A DNA stretch of 64,000 nt from Callorhinchus milii (lineage: Eukaryota). Within the stretch, counting starts at the first letter, position 1. Every line of letters begins with the position of its first letter. The notes beneath the pieces are model-generated. The model had not been told where the DNA came from. It saw only the letters and a list, made by a program, of their open reading frames with translations, and made no database searches. This document shows positions 1-11,439 of the stretch, one piece after another. The position numbers were made by a program, and so were the translations under genes. Location: the NCBI RefSeq assembly GCF_018977255.1, contig NW_024704742.1:45014001-45078000 (forward strand). The letters are read 5' to 3'.

Positions 1-1270
1 ATGTGGGGGAGAAAGAACATTTCAGGATCCAACAAGACACCCGGGTTCCTGACTGGCTTAGTGAGGTTGAGTGTGCAGCCATGGAGGCTGATGCTACCAG
101 CACCCGAGATGCGGAGGCGCTGGCGTGAACCAATCAGGAGGGCCTCAGTCTTGCTGATGTTGAGTTGGAGAAACTTGTCCCTCATCCAGGACTTGATGTC
201 GGACAGGCAGTCGATCAGGACATCAGTAGTCCTGGAGTTGAGGGTGGAGGCAGAGAGGTAGAGTTGGGTGTCATCCGCACACATGTGGAAATTAACCCTG
301 TGTCTGCGGATGATGTCACCAAGGGGGAGCATGTAGAGGGTGAAGAAGTGGGGACTGAGGACAGAGCCCTGAGAAACGCAGCATGAGATGGTGCGGGGGC
401 TGGAGGAGAAGCCATTTGCAGAGATGAAGTGGAGGCGGTGTGAAAGTTAGGACCTGAACCAGTCAAGGACAGAACCTTGAAGATTGAGGTGTGAGGAGAA
501 GCGGTGGAAGAGGATTGAGTGGTCCACAGGATCAAAGGCGATGGAGAGGTCGAGGAGGAAGAGGGAGACCCTGTCACACATGATCAGGATATTATTTTTT
601 ACCTTGACCAGAGCAGTTTCAGTGCTGTGGGCAGCACAGAAGCACAATTGGAGGGATTCATGGAAGGAGTGGGAGAAGAGGAAAAGTGAAGCTGTGAGGC
701 GGCAGCTCTCCCAAAGAGGCCCCGGGTGATCACCAGGTCGAGCGGGTGGCCATGGACTTGGGTAGCAGAGTGGATGTGGAGGGAGAGGTTGAGAGAAGAG
801 AGAAGAGAGGAGAAGTCTGAGGAGGTGGAACAAGATGGGGTTAAGTGTAGGTTGAAGTCGCCTAGGATGATGAGGTGGTCGGAGCAGAAGCATGGGGAAG
901 CTAAAAGCGTGGTGATGTCAGAGATGAAGGTGGGGGAGGATATTGGGGTGCGGTAAATTAGGAGAATTTTTAGTAAGAGGTGGGAGGGATGGCAGAGGGT
1001 AAGGTGTTCAAAAAAGAGGAATGAGCCAGTGGAGTAGGGGGATAGGGCAAGTGATGCCCTGGAGATCAGGGCCACACCACCGTCATGGCGATTGGGGCGT
1101 GGGGCATGATGGTAGGTATAGCCGGGTGGTGTGGCCTCAGTGAGCGGGAAGGTGTCAGCTGGGATGATCCAGGTTTCCATGAGGGCCATAATATCAACGT
1201 TCTCATCAAGGATGAGATCATTGACTTCCAGGGTCTTATATGCAGATGGAACGGACATTTGAAGGTTAAT
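1..1270 (-). mobile_element. L2 LINE ORF2 fragment (APE endonuclease joined to RT, internally deleted; runs off the window start)
   Basis: Minus-strand ORFs carry APE motifs (ALMETWI, GGVA, IYR, IILGDFNLH, GHPLDLVIT) and L2 RT motifs (HSTETALVKV, LLDLSIAFDPVDH, QGSVL); frameshifted. Confidence 0.9.
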
Positions 1271-1704
1271 GCGGAGAGGACAGTTGGCATTAATATTCCT
1301 GTTAATATTCAGGTCATACATATCACAACATTATTTTTGGTTTAACGTTTCAATGTGTTATTGGTTATCTAATAATGGTAAAACTCCTGACAGGTATTGC
1401 TTTCAACAAGATGTCAATGAGATATTTTTCGTTTAGATCTAAAGACAATCAGTTGTGCATTTGCTATTAACTACAGAAAGGGGCTGGCACATCACAAGCT
1501 GTCCTGTAAGTGTTCTCCCATCATCCTGAAGGCAGATGTCTGCTGATAGCTGATGAGAAAACTCTGAGGCCTGGAGTGATGGCTGCTTGAAGGCGATATC
1601 TAGAGTCCAAGATCATGAACACGTGTCCAGCAACAGGAATCACCTTGTTTAGTTTGCAGCTATTACTCAAGCTCTGCATCTCTAACTGGTGGAACCTAAC
1701 CTCA

Positions 1705-2375
1705 GTGGGAAAGGATGTGTGTCCGTGCTGTGGGCAAGAAGATGATGGCAATTCTCTCATGCATTTCATGCTGAGCTAAGCAGCATCGCCCACCACAAAG
1801 CTTATAGGGAGTTTCTTATACCTACAATGCACCTAGTGGAAGCTCAATGTCAAATAACAAATGACCAACTATTGACTATCCTCCAGGGTAGAGGAGGTAT
1901 CTGGCTCCAAGGTGACATTCCTGGCAATAGAATGCCAGAAACAAACCAATTGGATGTGGCAGTCTCAATATTCCAGTTTCTGAGTCAGGCAGGTCTGCAG
2001 TATTCCAGGGCACTGCTAATAACAGCAGCCAAATCCCTAATGGTAGGGTATTCCTAGCTCAACAAGCAGTGGGAAAGTTTGCCAGGCAATGCTATGCAGT
2101 TTTAATTGGTTAGATTCCAGCACTACTACAACACACACTCTGGGTTCCCCAATCCTTGGCTCTTCCAATCTACTCCTAATACTTTATGGAATTAGGTAAC
2201 CAGTATATTTATTGGAGTGTGCACTTACTCCTCTAAGGAGAGTGCACATTCCAATAAACATCTCTGGGATTTCCACTTATAAATTGGATACGTGTAACAC
2301 TCAGTATGGTTTAGATGTTCTTAAGCATGGTGATAGGTTTCCACATGTGTCAGACACCTGGCTGACCAAATAAAA
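1705..2375 (+). repeat. Unclassified interspersed repeat, copy 1 of 4
   Basis: Colinear similarity to 14465-15180, 34065-34615 and 63728-64000 (e.g. ggctccaaggtgaca, agcagtgggaaa, gcatggtgataggttt). Confidence 0.85.
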
Positions 2376-2744
2376 CATCTATTTTCAATGATTTGATGAC
2401 CCTTTGTGCAAACTGGAAACTGTAGAGGTAAAGTTTGCAGTCTTTAATAATGTGTTTGTTGTGTTAATGAGAATGTCATTAGGTAATATCACAAATTTCA
2501 TCCTCAATCTCAGACCTAGATCAATTAAAAGTTATTGTTTGGTTGAGGACATTGGGAAATTTAGCTCTCAGCAGATCAATATTAGAAAATAAGTAAAACT
2601 CAGAGATAACTGAATGCCCAATGTAGGGCTGAAATCTATAGAATAAAATTTGCCATCCTCAGATTCCAAAAAGGGATGGTGCTAGGATCTGAAGAGGAAA
2701 CAACTATTTACCTGGAGGAATGTTACACTTGGTTCTACACCAAG

Positions 2745-2915
2745 TTAAATATAATGCAATTCATTATATATAGCACCCTTCATGTTGGGAGGATTTCTCA
2801 AAGTGCTTCGCAGTGATGACTGGACACCAGAGCCAGTGGTGGGAACTAAACGTGTGGGGAGGGGAAAGATGACCAAAAGCGTGGTCAAAGAAATGTGTTT
2901 TGAGACAGGCCTTGA
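2745..2915 (-). mobile_element. L2 LINE 3' end fragment
   Basis: Reverse complement matches the 3' UTR and tail (gaagggtgctatata) of the other L2 copies. Confidence 0.65.
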
Positions 2916-3790
2916 ACAAATAAGGAATACCACACATTTTACCTCTAGATTTTCAAAACATTCATCCTAGCATGTCCAATTAAAGCAACAAGTTGTTTCT
3001 AAATTAGTGCATTTTCTCAGTCTTTACTGTGTGTCCCAGTACCCTGATCCAGCTGTTGATTATCTTCTGTTTAACTAATTCCTAGTGTCTGTCTTAAAAC
3101 AGCCCCGTTGAATGTGTGCCCCTTTGTCCTGCTATCTTGATGTAAACTGAAAATTGCTCTGTTTATTTTCTTTATCCCATTCAGTGATAGCTTTAGCCAT
3201 GTGGGGTTCGGTGCTGGAAATTAGGCAGAATTGAGGATACATAAAGACATTAGTCATTTGTGAAAAGTAAATTGGCAAAGTAAGGACGTCTTCTAAAAAC
3301 AATAACTAAAGTGTAAAAAGCTTGGAAGTCACAAAAGGTAAGCAATCTGCAGAGTGCAGCTGCATATCCCCTACTGTATGACAGGCAAGCAATGCAGGAG
3401 GAAGAGTCACTTATGATTTGGCATCAAGCATTCATCGCTTTGATTTCAATTTGAAAGCTGTGTATGGAGCCAAGAGTACCCCATTTTAAATTCCATGAGA
3501 GACTGTGAGTGCTTGGAATTTCTATTGTTATATACTCTCATGGCATCATAATACTCTTAGAATCCCTTTAGTTTCCAACACTTGGAGGTAATGCTCTGCT
3601 TTCTAGCAAATTGATAAGCGCACACTAGTCGAGTTGAACAATTTACCAACAAAAGAAAAACATACACACTCAGTTCCCAGGCTCATACATTTACCAATTG
3701 GAGGTTATATTGAGTACATCAGAACAGTGCTGATTAAAATTGCTACACAGAGCACACTTGGCAGAGTAACCTCCAATTTCTGATGGCAAT

Positions 3791-3925
3791 TTACTGCAGA
3801 TGCTGGAAATCTGAAATATAAACAGAAGTTGTTGGTCAAGCAGCATATATGGATAGAGGAAAATGAGTTAACCGTTCAGGTCGATGACCTGTCATCAGAG
3901 TTCTTTTATTTCCAATTTCTGATTT
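3791..3925 (-). mobile_element. Penelope-like element relic with degenerate hammerhead ribozyme
   Basis: Minus strand reads CTGATGA-C-AGGTC-ATC-GACCT-GAAC-GGTTAACTC. The flanking cagcat..atgga.a.aggaaa.tgagt context is shared with 25820-26055. Confidence 0.65.
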
Positions 3926-4459
3926 ATACTTTCAGAGAGTTACCTCAAGTGTCTCCATATCAGTTGTAGCTTAAATAGGGTGACACTGACTGTGACCCAA
4001 ACTATTGTGACAAAGTTAGGTGGGGAGGGGGGAATCACAATTGGAGGATCTTTTCTGTATGTAAGACATCAGATCACAATGGTACAGTCTGTTATCCTCA
4101 GTATGAAGTGACACGATAACACTTCTATTGAACCATGGAGAGCACAAAGTAAAAGATTGGCACATATGGTCTTTAAAAAAAAACAAGTGACATAGAGATA
4201 GAGGAGGGAGGGAGAAAAACAAAATTGTCAGGTGACTCACTACACACTTTCGTGTGACAACACTCTTGTCTACACTCACTGTACTGTTCTCCTGGAGAAG
4301 TGCATCTCATGTTGCAAATCTTCTTGGTTTACGAAGATAGATGGTTTCTTGGCCCTGGGTCTGAACTATTTTATTTATCTTAAACCGAGATTACCACCTT
4401 ATTTGTATCCTAAAATCTTTCATTCACAATGTGAACTGTAGCGTGCTAGCACAAGATTG

Positions 4460-4550
4460 TTAGGAAAGAGCAGAGGACTGGGATTAAGACTCTCTTTGAG
4501 AGTGTCAGCACAGCCAAGATGTGCTGAATGACTTCCTCTGTAATATATGA
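4460..4550 (+). mobile_element. CR1 LINE 3' UTR fragment
   Basis: Resembles the 3' UTR of the CR1 copy at 26330-26567. Confidence 0.5.
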
Positions 4551-4576
4551 CCTGACAATAATTCGGATTTGGATCT

Positions 4577-5358
4577 CAACTGGCGGTTGGGATCGGGGAG
4601 GGTGGAGGGCAGGGAGGATAGGAGGGTGGCCGAAGGCTCGGACGAAGAGGAGGGTTTTGAGACATGCCTTGAAGGAGGCAAGGGAGAGAGTGAGGTGAAG
4701 GGAATGTGGGATGGAGTTCCATAGGATGGGGGCAGAAAGTCTGAAGGCCCAGACACCAATTGTGGGGCTGGCCGGAAGGGTACATGGAGTAGACCAGAGC
4801 CTGCTGAGCAGAGAGAGTGTACAAGTTGATATGGGGTCAGCAGGTCACAGAGGTAGGGAGGGGCAAGGCTGTGGAGGGCCTTAAAGGCGAGCACAAGGAT
4901 TTTGAACTCTATCCTCTGGGGGATGGAAAGCCAATGGAGCCAGGTGATGGTCGAGGTGATGAAGTCATGAGCTGCAGAGTTCTGGATAATCTGCCGTTTG
5001 TGGAGGGAAGAGTTGGGGAGGCCGATAAGTTGGTGTAGTCGAGCCTAGACCTGATGAATGCTTGGATGAGGATTTTGGTAGTCTGAGAGGTGAGGCAGTG
5101 GCAGAGCTGGGCGATGTTGCGGAGATGGGGGAGTGCAGAGCTGGTCATGGCACGGATGTAGGGTAGAAAGGACAGTTGAGCATCAAACAAGATGCCTAGG
5201 TTCCGGACTGGCACAGTGAGGTGGAGTGTGCATCCCTCGATGGTGATGCTGCCAGTGCCTGAGGTGTGGAGGTGCTGTCGTGAGCCAATCAGGAGGGCCT
5301 CGGTCTTGTTGACATTAAACTGTAGAAAGTTAGCTCTCATCCAGGACTTGATGTCTGA
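4577..5358 (-). mobile_element. L2 LINE 3' fragment
   Basis: Translates to [53 protein letters not shown]. Confidence 0.9.
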
Positions 5359-5639
5359 AGATTCAATATTAAAAGTGTTAATTTTATTCAAAACAAAGGG
5401 GCTTATAATGTATAGAATAGAAATTAGCAATAAAAAGAAGCAACAAGTACAGGTTATCAATAGTAACATTTTGACATTGCTTGACCTTGTGTTTCTAATG
5501 TACAAAGCATTAATATTAATTGTTATTGAATTTTCTGTTTGTTGGGAAAGTTAATGCTGAAAATAACTCTTGTTTGCTGCGATGAACTTGTAATGATACA
5601 AGCATTCTGTAATCTATACCTGAGACATACATTTGGTTT

Positions 5640-5950
5640 CTGCATGGTCATCAAACTGTGTTTCTCTTGAATCTAATACTAATCACATCCCTCCAATGTC
5701 TGCTCTCAACCATCTTCCCTGGCAATCTATTCCAGTTGTTAATTTCCCTCTGGGTAAAAAAAAACTGTCTGACATTTGTCCTGATTTTGTTCTTTCAACT
5801 CTAAACCTGTGTTATCTTCTACTGTTTTGGTGCATCTTAAAGTACTGATCAGGGTTTAATTCTTTCAATCCCATTCAAAATGATATATACCACTATGAGG
5901 TCCCCGCTGAGTCATCTCTGCTCCATACTGAAGAGCTTTAGCTTGTCTAA
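5640..5950 (-). mobile_element. Old CR1 LINE 3' fragment
   Basis: Minus strand resembles the CR1 ORF2 C-terminus seen in other copies; heavily diverged. Confidence 0.5.
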
Positions 5951-6029
5951 TTGCTGACCCACAAAAAAATTGACTCCAAGGTTATGATTAGTGAACCCTT
6001 TCCATCTTCAGATTCATTCTCATCACAGA

Positions 6030-6372
6030 CGAGCCTGACACTACAATACAGTGCTGGGAGTGTGCTGTATTGTTGAAGGTGACATCCTTGGAATGAGAAT
6101 ATTAAACCAAGGTCCTGTCTGCCTGATCAAGTGGACGTTAAAGATTCCTTGGGTCTATTTGAAAAGATAAGGAAGTTTATCCAGTGACCTGTCCAACAAG
6201 CCTTTGGATAAAATGTGTCATTTACTTCATGGCTGTTCGTGGGACATTGCAGTGCGCAAATTGACTGCTGCTTGACCTATAAAATACATGTTACAGTAAA
6301 TCCTGTGAGATGCTCTGAGATGTCCTTCCAAGGTGAAAGGCGCTACATCAAATGCAAGGATTATTATTATTG
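6030..6372 (+). mobile_element. Deu-domain SINE (old)
   Basis: Deu-like core (attaaaccaaggtcctgtctgcctg..gtggacgttaaagat; gtgggacattgcagtgcgcaaattgactgc) plus L2-type tail aaggcgctacatcaaatgcaaggattatt. Confidence 0.8.
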
Positions 6373-8400
6373 TCCCATACTGATTACCATTCTCCCGACT
6401 TGCTATTTGTTTAATCTGTTTATGACTCTTTGGTTAGAAACAACTTGGGACGTCCTCCCGATGTGAAAGACGCTATACAAATGTAATTTTGTTGTTGGTC
6501 AGTCATGAAAGCCTAGAGAACACAAGAATCTGTTTGGAACACAAGAATCGTATTAAATGCTGGGAACATTGAGAGTTGGGTCCAGTTAGTTTTTATCCAG
6601 TTATTGTAAAATCGAAGCAACATATAATGTACTTACAGCCAAAAAACGAATCTGTAGGTCATAACAAAATTACATGAGAAATATTAAGCTACCACTTTGG
6701 AAGTAGCAATCACCAGAAATGATTCTATTGTACATGGACGAAAAACAATTTTGTTCTGGCTTTACATATTTTATTTTAGTAATCTTATTGTTTAAGACGT
6801 CCTTGTTGATAAAATTACCAGAAAGCTTTGGACCAGATAAAATTGTTAGTTGTAAGGTTTTCAGACAAAGTGTTTTGAGAGGTTTCAATTATCTGATTAG
6901 GTGTTATAACAAATGGAAATACTATTGATATTATTTTTATTGAAACAGAGATTGATTTCTATTCACTGGAAATGCAGAAGTGAGAATTTTACTGACAGCT
7001 GTTCAGCGTGATCTCAGTTGCAGGACTCCCTTCTCAATAATGCTGCTGAATGCAGCTTTGTATTATCAACTACCTGAAACAATACAAAAGAAATGGAGCA
7101 TTATTTAGAAAATGTTAAAAAGGAAAAGAAAATTGTGAAGGTAATTACAATTGCCTCTTTGTGGGTCACCCACAAAATACACAGTCACTAAACTACAGAG
7201 TAATCTGTGAAGCGTTTTGAGACATCCTCCTCATGTGAAAGGCATAACATCAAATGCGAGGATTATTATTTGCCATAAGAATGAAAGAAAAAGGTTGAAA
7301 TATTATAGACAGTAAACCAATGTTTTGCAAAGAAGCTTCAATTTGAAAGGTGCAAATACTTTAGCAGGTAAAATAAAAATAACTTCTTTCAGTTACTGTT
7401 TGTAATTCTCAATTCCTTCTTCATAAATCAAATGAATAAGAGCTTAAAATCATGGCTTTGCAAAAGAAACAGGTGACCATGCAAAATATCTATTTCATTT
7501 CAGCATTAGGTGAAATATCAAAAATAAATGGGTTTTGTTTTTCTTAAAACTAGAAGCCTTTTTGCAATTTCTTCATACGGCATAGCCGGAGTACAAGCTA
7601 TTTACAATTAGAATTTCATGATATTTATCAAAGGGCAATGATGAAATATGTAACCGAAGGCCACTACATTTATGAGATGTAAAAATGCCTTTTAGCTTAT
7701 TTAGTTTTAAAAATTAAAATCTGGGTCACTAGCCTTGCTGTTATATCATCCAGAATAATATGTCCTCCAGAAACTATAGAATTTAAGAAGATGCATTTTT
7801 TAATGCTAATATTCCTTTGCACATTGTTAAAAATGGATTGATTTTCATTGGATCTTGTTGCTTGGATATTTGGATTCTAAAATGTGACATTTGCAAGCAG
7901 ATTCGAGCTGGGAGTGTGTCACGCAAAGCCACGGGACCTTGGACCAGGAGTATTGGAGTGGTGTTTCTGCAGCTCAACGGGATGACTTCTGGTTACTGCC
8001 AGGAAACACTAACTGCAATTCCTGACATAATGTGTGGGTTTTAGATTCTACTGTCATTATTTTTAAAGTGAAATGTGTCCTTTAGTTACGATTGCAATTT
8101 TGCAACTCTAACGAATATGGGAAAGAGCAGTCAATCTTAGACATATTGGGCAAGAATATCTTGTATTCAAGGAAAGACTGAGTTCTTGGGAAATTTCTTG
8201 AGGGCCCCCGTGAATGGCTCCCAATTTTTCCACCCTTCTTGTTCTGTGGCTAGGACTTGTAATTTGGAACAAGCCCGCAATGCAGTGCCATACAAATTTT
8301 GAATCCTCACCCGGTCAGTTTAAAACAAATCCATTTTGCTTATAAACAAGATTAAATTTTTTTCATATATATATATATAGCATAAAACAAAAGTTTGTTG

Positions 8401-8465
8401 GGGTGGGGGGGTGGGGGGTGTTTGGGGGGGTGGGCGGGTGTTTGGGGGGTTGGGGGTGGGGGGAG
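8401..8465 (+). repeat. G-rich low-complexity tract, potential G-quadruplex
   Basis: Many runs of 3 or more G separated by short linkers. Confidence 0.7.
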
Positions 8466-9784
8466 TGAATGAGAAAAAAATACATGCCTATGAACATGCT
8501 GGAAAGAGGGATATCAGCAACATCAATCAATCAGATGATGATTAGGATCTTAAAAGTACAAATACATCCAAATACAACTTGTGATAATATTTAAGCCTCT
8601 TGCCCATTCCTCTCTTTTTCCTCCGCCCTCCTGCAACCCCAAACCCCCAGCTGAGAAATGGCTGAGAAATTAATATGTTTTCCTTCTTTTTCAAAACTTC
8701 TTACTTGCTTTTGCATTTTCCTACTTCCTTTTCAATAATAACTAAGTGTTGCTAACATACTCTTATGTATATTTTTTCAATCGCTATCACTCTGCCTTCC
8801 TGCTCATCTGAGAAGTATTCTTATCCCACAGAAATCTCTTATCTTACATCAGGGAAGGTCAATCACCTTTAAAAAGAGGATGAAGCCTTTGCCTAGACTA
8901 AGCCCAACAATTGCTTAAAAGGTAGTTTTTTTTTAGCCAGGGTGAGTACAAATGTTGCCCTTTTCCCACAAACCAAGCACAAAAAGAAATATTAAATGAA
9001 AAATTTGTTGGACATCACCGCAGTAAGAATGAATTACACTTGAAAACATTGTTGATTTAAAAAATTGGCTGGTCAAGCAAAGTATAAAAAGGCAATTCTA
9101 CTTACCTGGCAGGTGATTTGCCCATAGCAATGTCCCAAACAACGAGGAGGCTAATGCTTAATTTTCTCTGAGGGATTGTTGATCAGTAACACAATTTTTG
9201 TCAGAAAAAAATCATTGCAGAAGTCAGATGGTAACAACAGCGTCAAACCAACTTATTAAAAACACTTGCATTGCTGAGCTCCCTTCAGACAGCGAAAAGT
9301 CCTTGGTTGAAATGTTTCTCAATGGATCTATCAGAACTTTTTCACAAAAGCCGCCTTCACTATTAGCAGTGAATAGTTGCAGCTGCAGAATGTATTCTAC
9401 TCTCCCCACCACCCCCCCAGCTGATATGACAGCTGCAAGCTTCATAGATGCACATTGAGATGGATGCTGAGTTGAGTCAGGAGGATATTCCTGGAGTACG
9501 AAGAGGAAATCCTCAGAACAAAGAGAGCATGTAGTTATCAGAAATGTACATGGGGATGACACCTCCAGAATCATTTGAATGTGCCCCACTTCCCCCTCCA
9601 TCACCTCTCACTACCAGAGAATCTTTGAATGTTGTCAGATGTTACCTAAAGGCAAGGTGGCAAGAACCCAACTGCCACATATTTTATCAACTGGAGTCAC
9701 AAGGCATCCAAGTCATTCATGAATGCACATTACCCTAAGACAAAAAAACAGATGTCACCAAGTAAGAACAGTGCTCAACCCCCT

Positions 9785-10250
9785 AGTGTCTACCAGTGAG
9801 TTTATTCAGTTGAGCTGTGAAGGTTACAGGTTCAATCCTCGGTCAGTGCAGTTAGATGACGTCAATCCAGGTGGCACTAACATTGGCAGCCTTGGTTCGG
9901 GAAAGTGAAATCAACCAAAGTACCCCCTCCTCATCGCTATCCATGAAATAGCAGGGATGGAGGTTCACGTGTGTGAATTTAAGTAATAATAAAGAAGACG
10001 TCTCAAAACGCTTCACAGGAATTACTGTGAAGTGTACTGACTATTGTTTGCAGATGAACCTAGTCATAGATTGGGATTAGGTGGAATTCTCTCTATGGTT
10101 GAATTTTCTGTCAGCATATCTTGTGAATGAACACACGTAGATAATAATTGCTGGGTGAGGTATTAAAAGATGCCTTAGTACTTGTGCAATTGTATCTAAA
10201 ACCAAGGAACAATAGGTGAAAACACCTTTAGGAGAAATAGAGGAAAAATG
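9785..10250 (+). mobile_element. Ancient tRNA-headed SINE-like repeat (second family), interrupted by a short SINE-tail fragment
   Basis: B-box-like ggttcaatcc. The body (aaatcaaccaaagt..cctcatcgctatcca) resembles 16340-16610 (+), 22250-22420 (-) and 33780-33900. Confidence 0.5.
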
Positions 10251-11204
10251 ATGACAAAAATAAGAGCAGTAAATTACTGTAACTACACTAAAAAATTAAG
10301 TTCATATTGCTTTCACAGTATAGCACAATAATGATACCGTAGGAAAGAAAAAACTGCATTTATTATGTTTACTGTAATATTTTGTAGGTACATTTTGCTG
10401 ACAGTAAAATACAAGTCTGTAGTAAGATTTGTTCAGCTTTCTATTCTTGCACACTATCTGGGACAATGTAGTAAAGTGCAATAATACTGAAGTATACTAA
10501 CTGATATGATGTACATTTTGTGCTTCCACATAATGTATAATGAAGAAGCCTAATGCTAACACTGGAGGCAGGGGTAACAGTTACAATATAATGAATGACA
10601 TTATCGTAAATCATGATCCAATAGCCCTTGATGTTATGCAAATACTTACTGCAAACTATAGTTTTTACACTCTGAACAATTTTTGTGTTCGAAAAGGTGA
10701 TTGTACTTTCTCTTCAAACTTATTCAATTGTTAAGAATTCTTAGATGCGTAATCATATCTATTAAACGTAAGAATCACATTGTTTTTAGTGTGTGCAAAA
10801 CAGTAAAACTGAAAGATTTGTAGAAATAATCAAAATAGTCAGACAGATTGAGCAATTGATACAAAAATGAGTTTGAGTAAATAGAATGAATGCCAGTCTG
10901 TGACTAGTTCTCATTCCATCTGCAGTCAATATGCTCCCAGGTGCTATGGCAGCAAGTCCTATTGCCTGGAAGTTTCAACAATGAATGTGCTGGGACGTGT
11001 CCACAATGTTTTTAAAATTCAAATGTTGTTTAACTAATACACAATGATTGACTCAGTTAAAAAAAATTAAATGATGTTCACTAACAATAGAATTTATGTA
11101 ACGAAGGGCAAGTGTATCTGCATTCACAAGCGCCCAATCTTAAGTGTAATATCCCAGTGAACAACCAGATAGGATAATAATGATACAATAATGTTTCATG
11201 TGTT

Positions 11205-11430
11205 AAGTGGAATCCTGAAGTTTAGTGGCTAGAAAACTTGCATCACAAGGAAGAGGACCTGGGTTTGATTCCTGGCCAGGCAAAACGTTGGACACGTTTC
11301 CTTACTCCGCATGCCTCTGTTCACCTAACAGTAAGTAGGAATCTGGCTGTTGGTCGATTGGTGGATCGCTTTTCCGGGAGTAATAATCCCTCCAAAAAAA
11401 TAATAATAATTTGGTTACTCAAATTTTCAC
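11205..11430 (+). mobile_element. tRNA-derived SINE, long form, 5' half only
   Basis: Degenerate A and B boxes followed by the long-form segment (cctctgttcacctaacagtaagtagg..gatcgcttttccggg); the 3' half is missing. Confidence 0.8.
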
Positions 11431-11439
11431 CCCCTACCA

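Noticed and set aside
9198..9604. Overlapping ORFs of 86 and 126 aa in unique sequence
   Set aside because: No recognisable domain, and a stop codon precedes the candidate splice donor.
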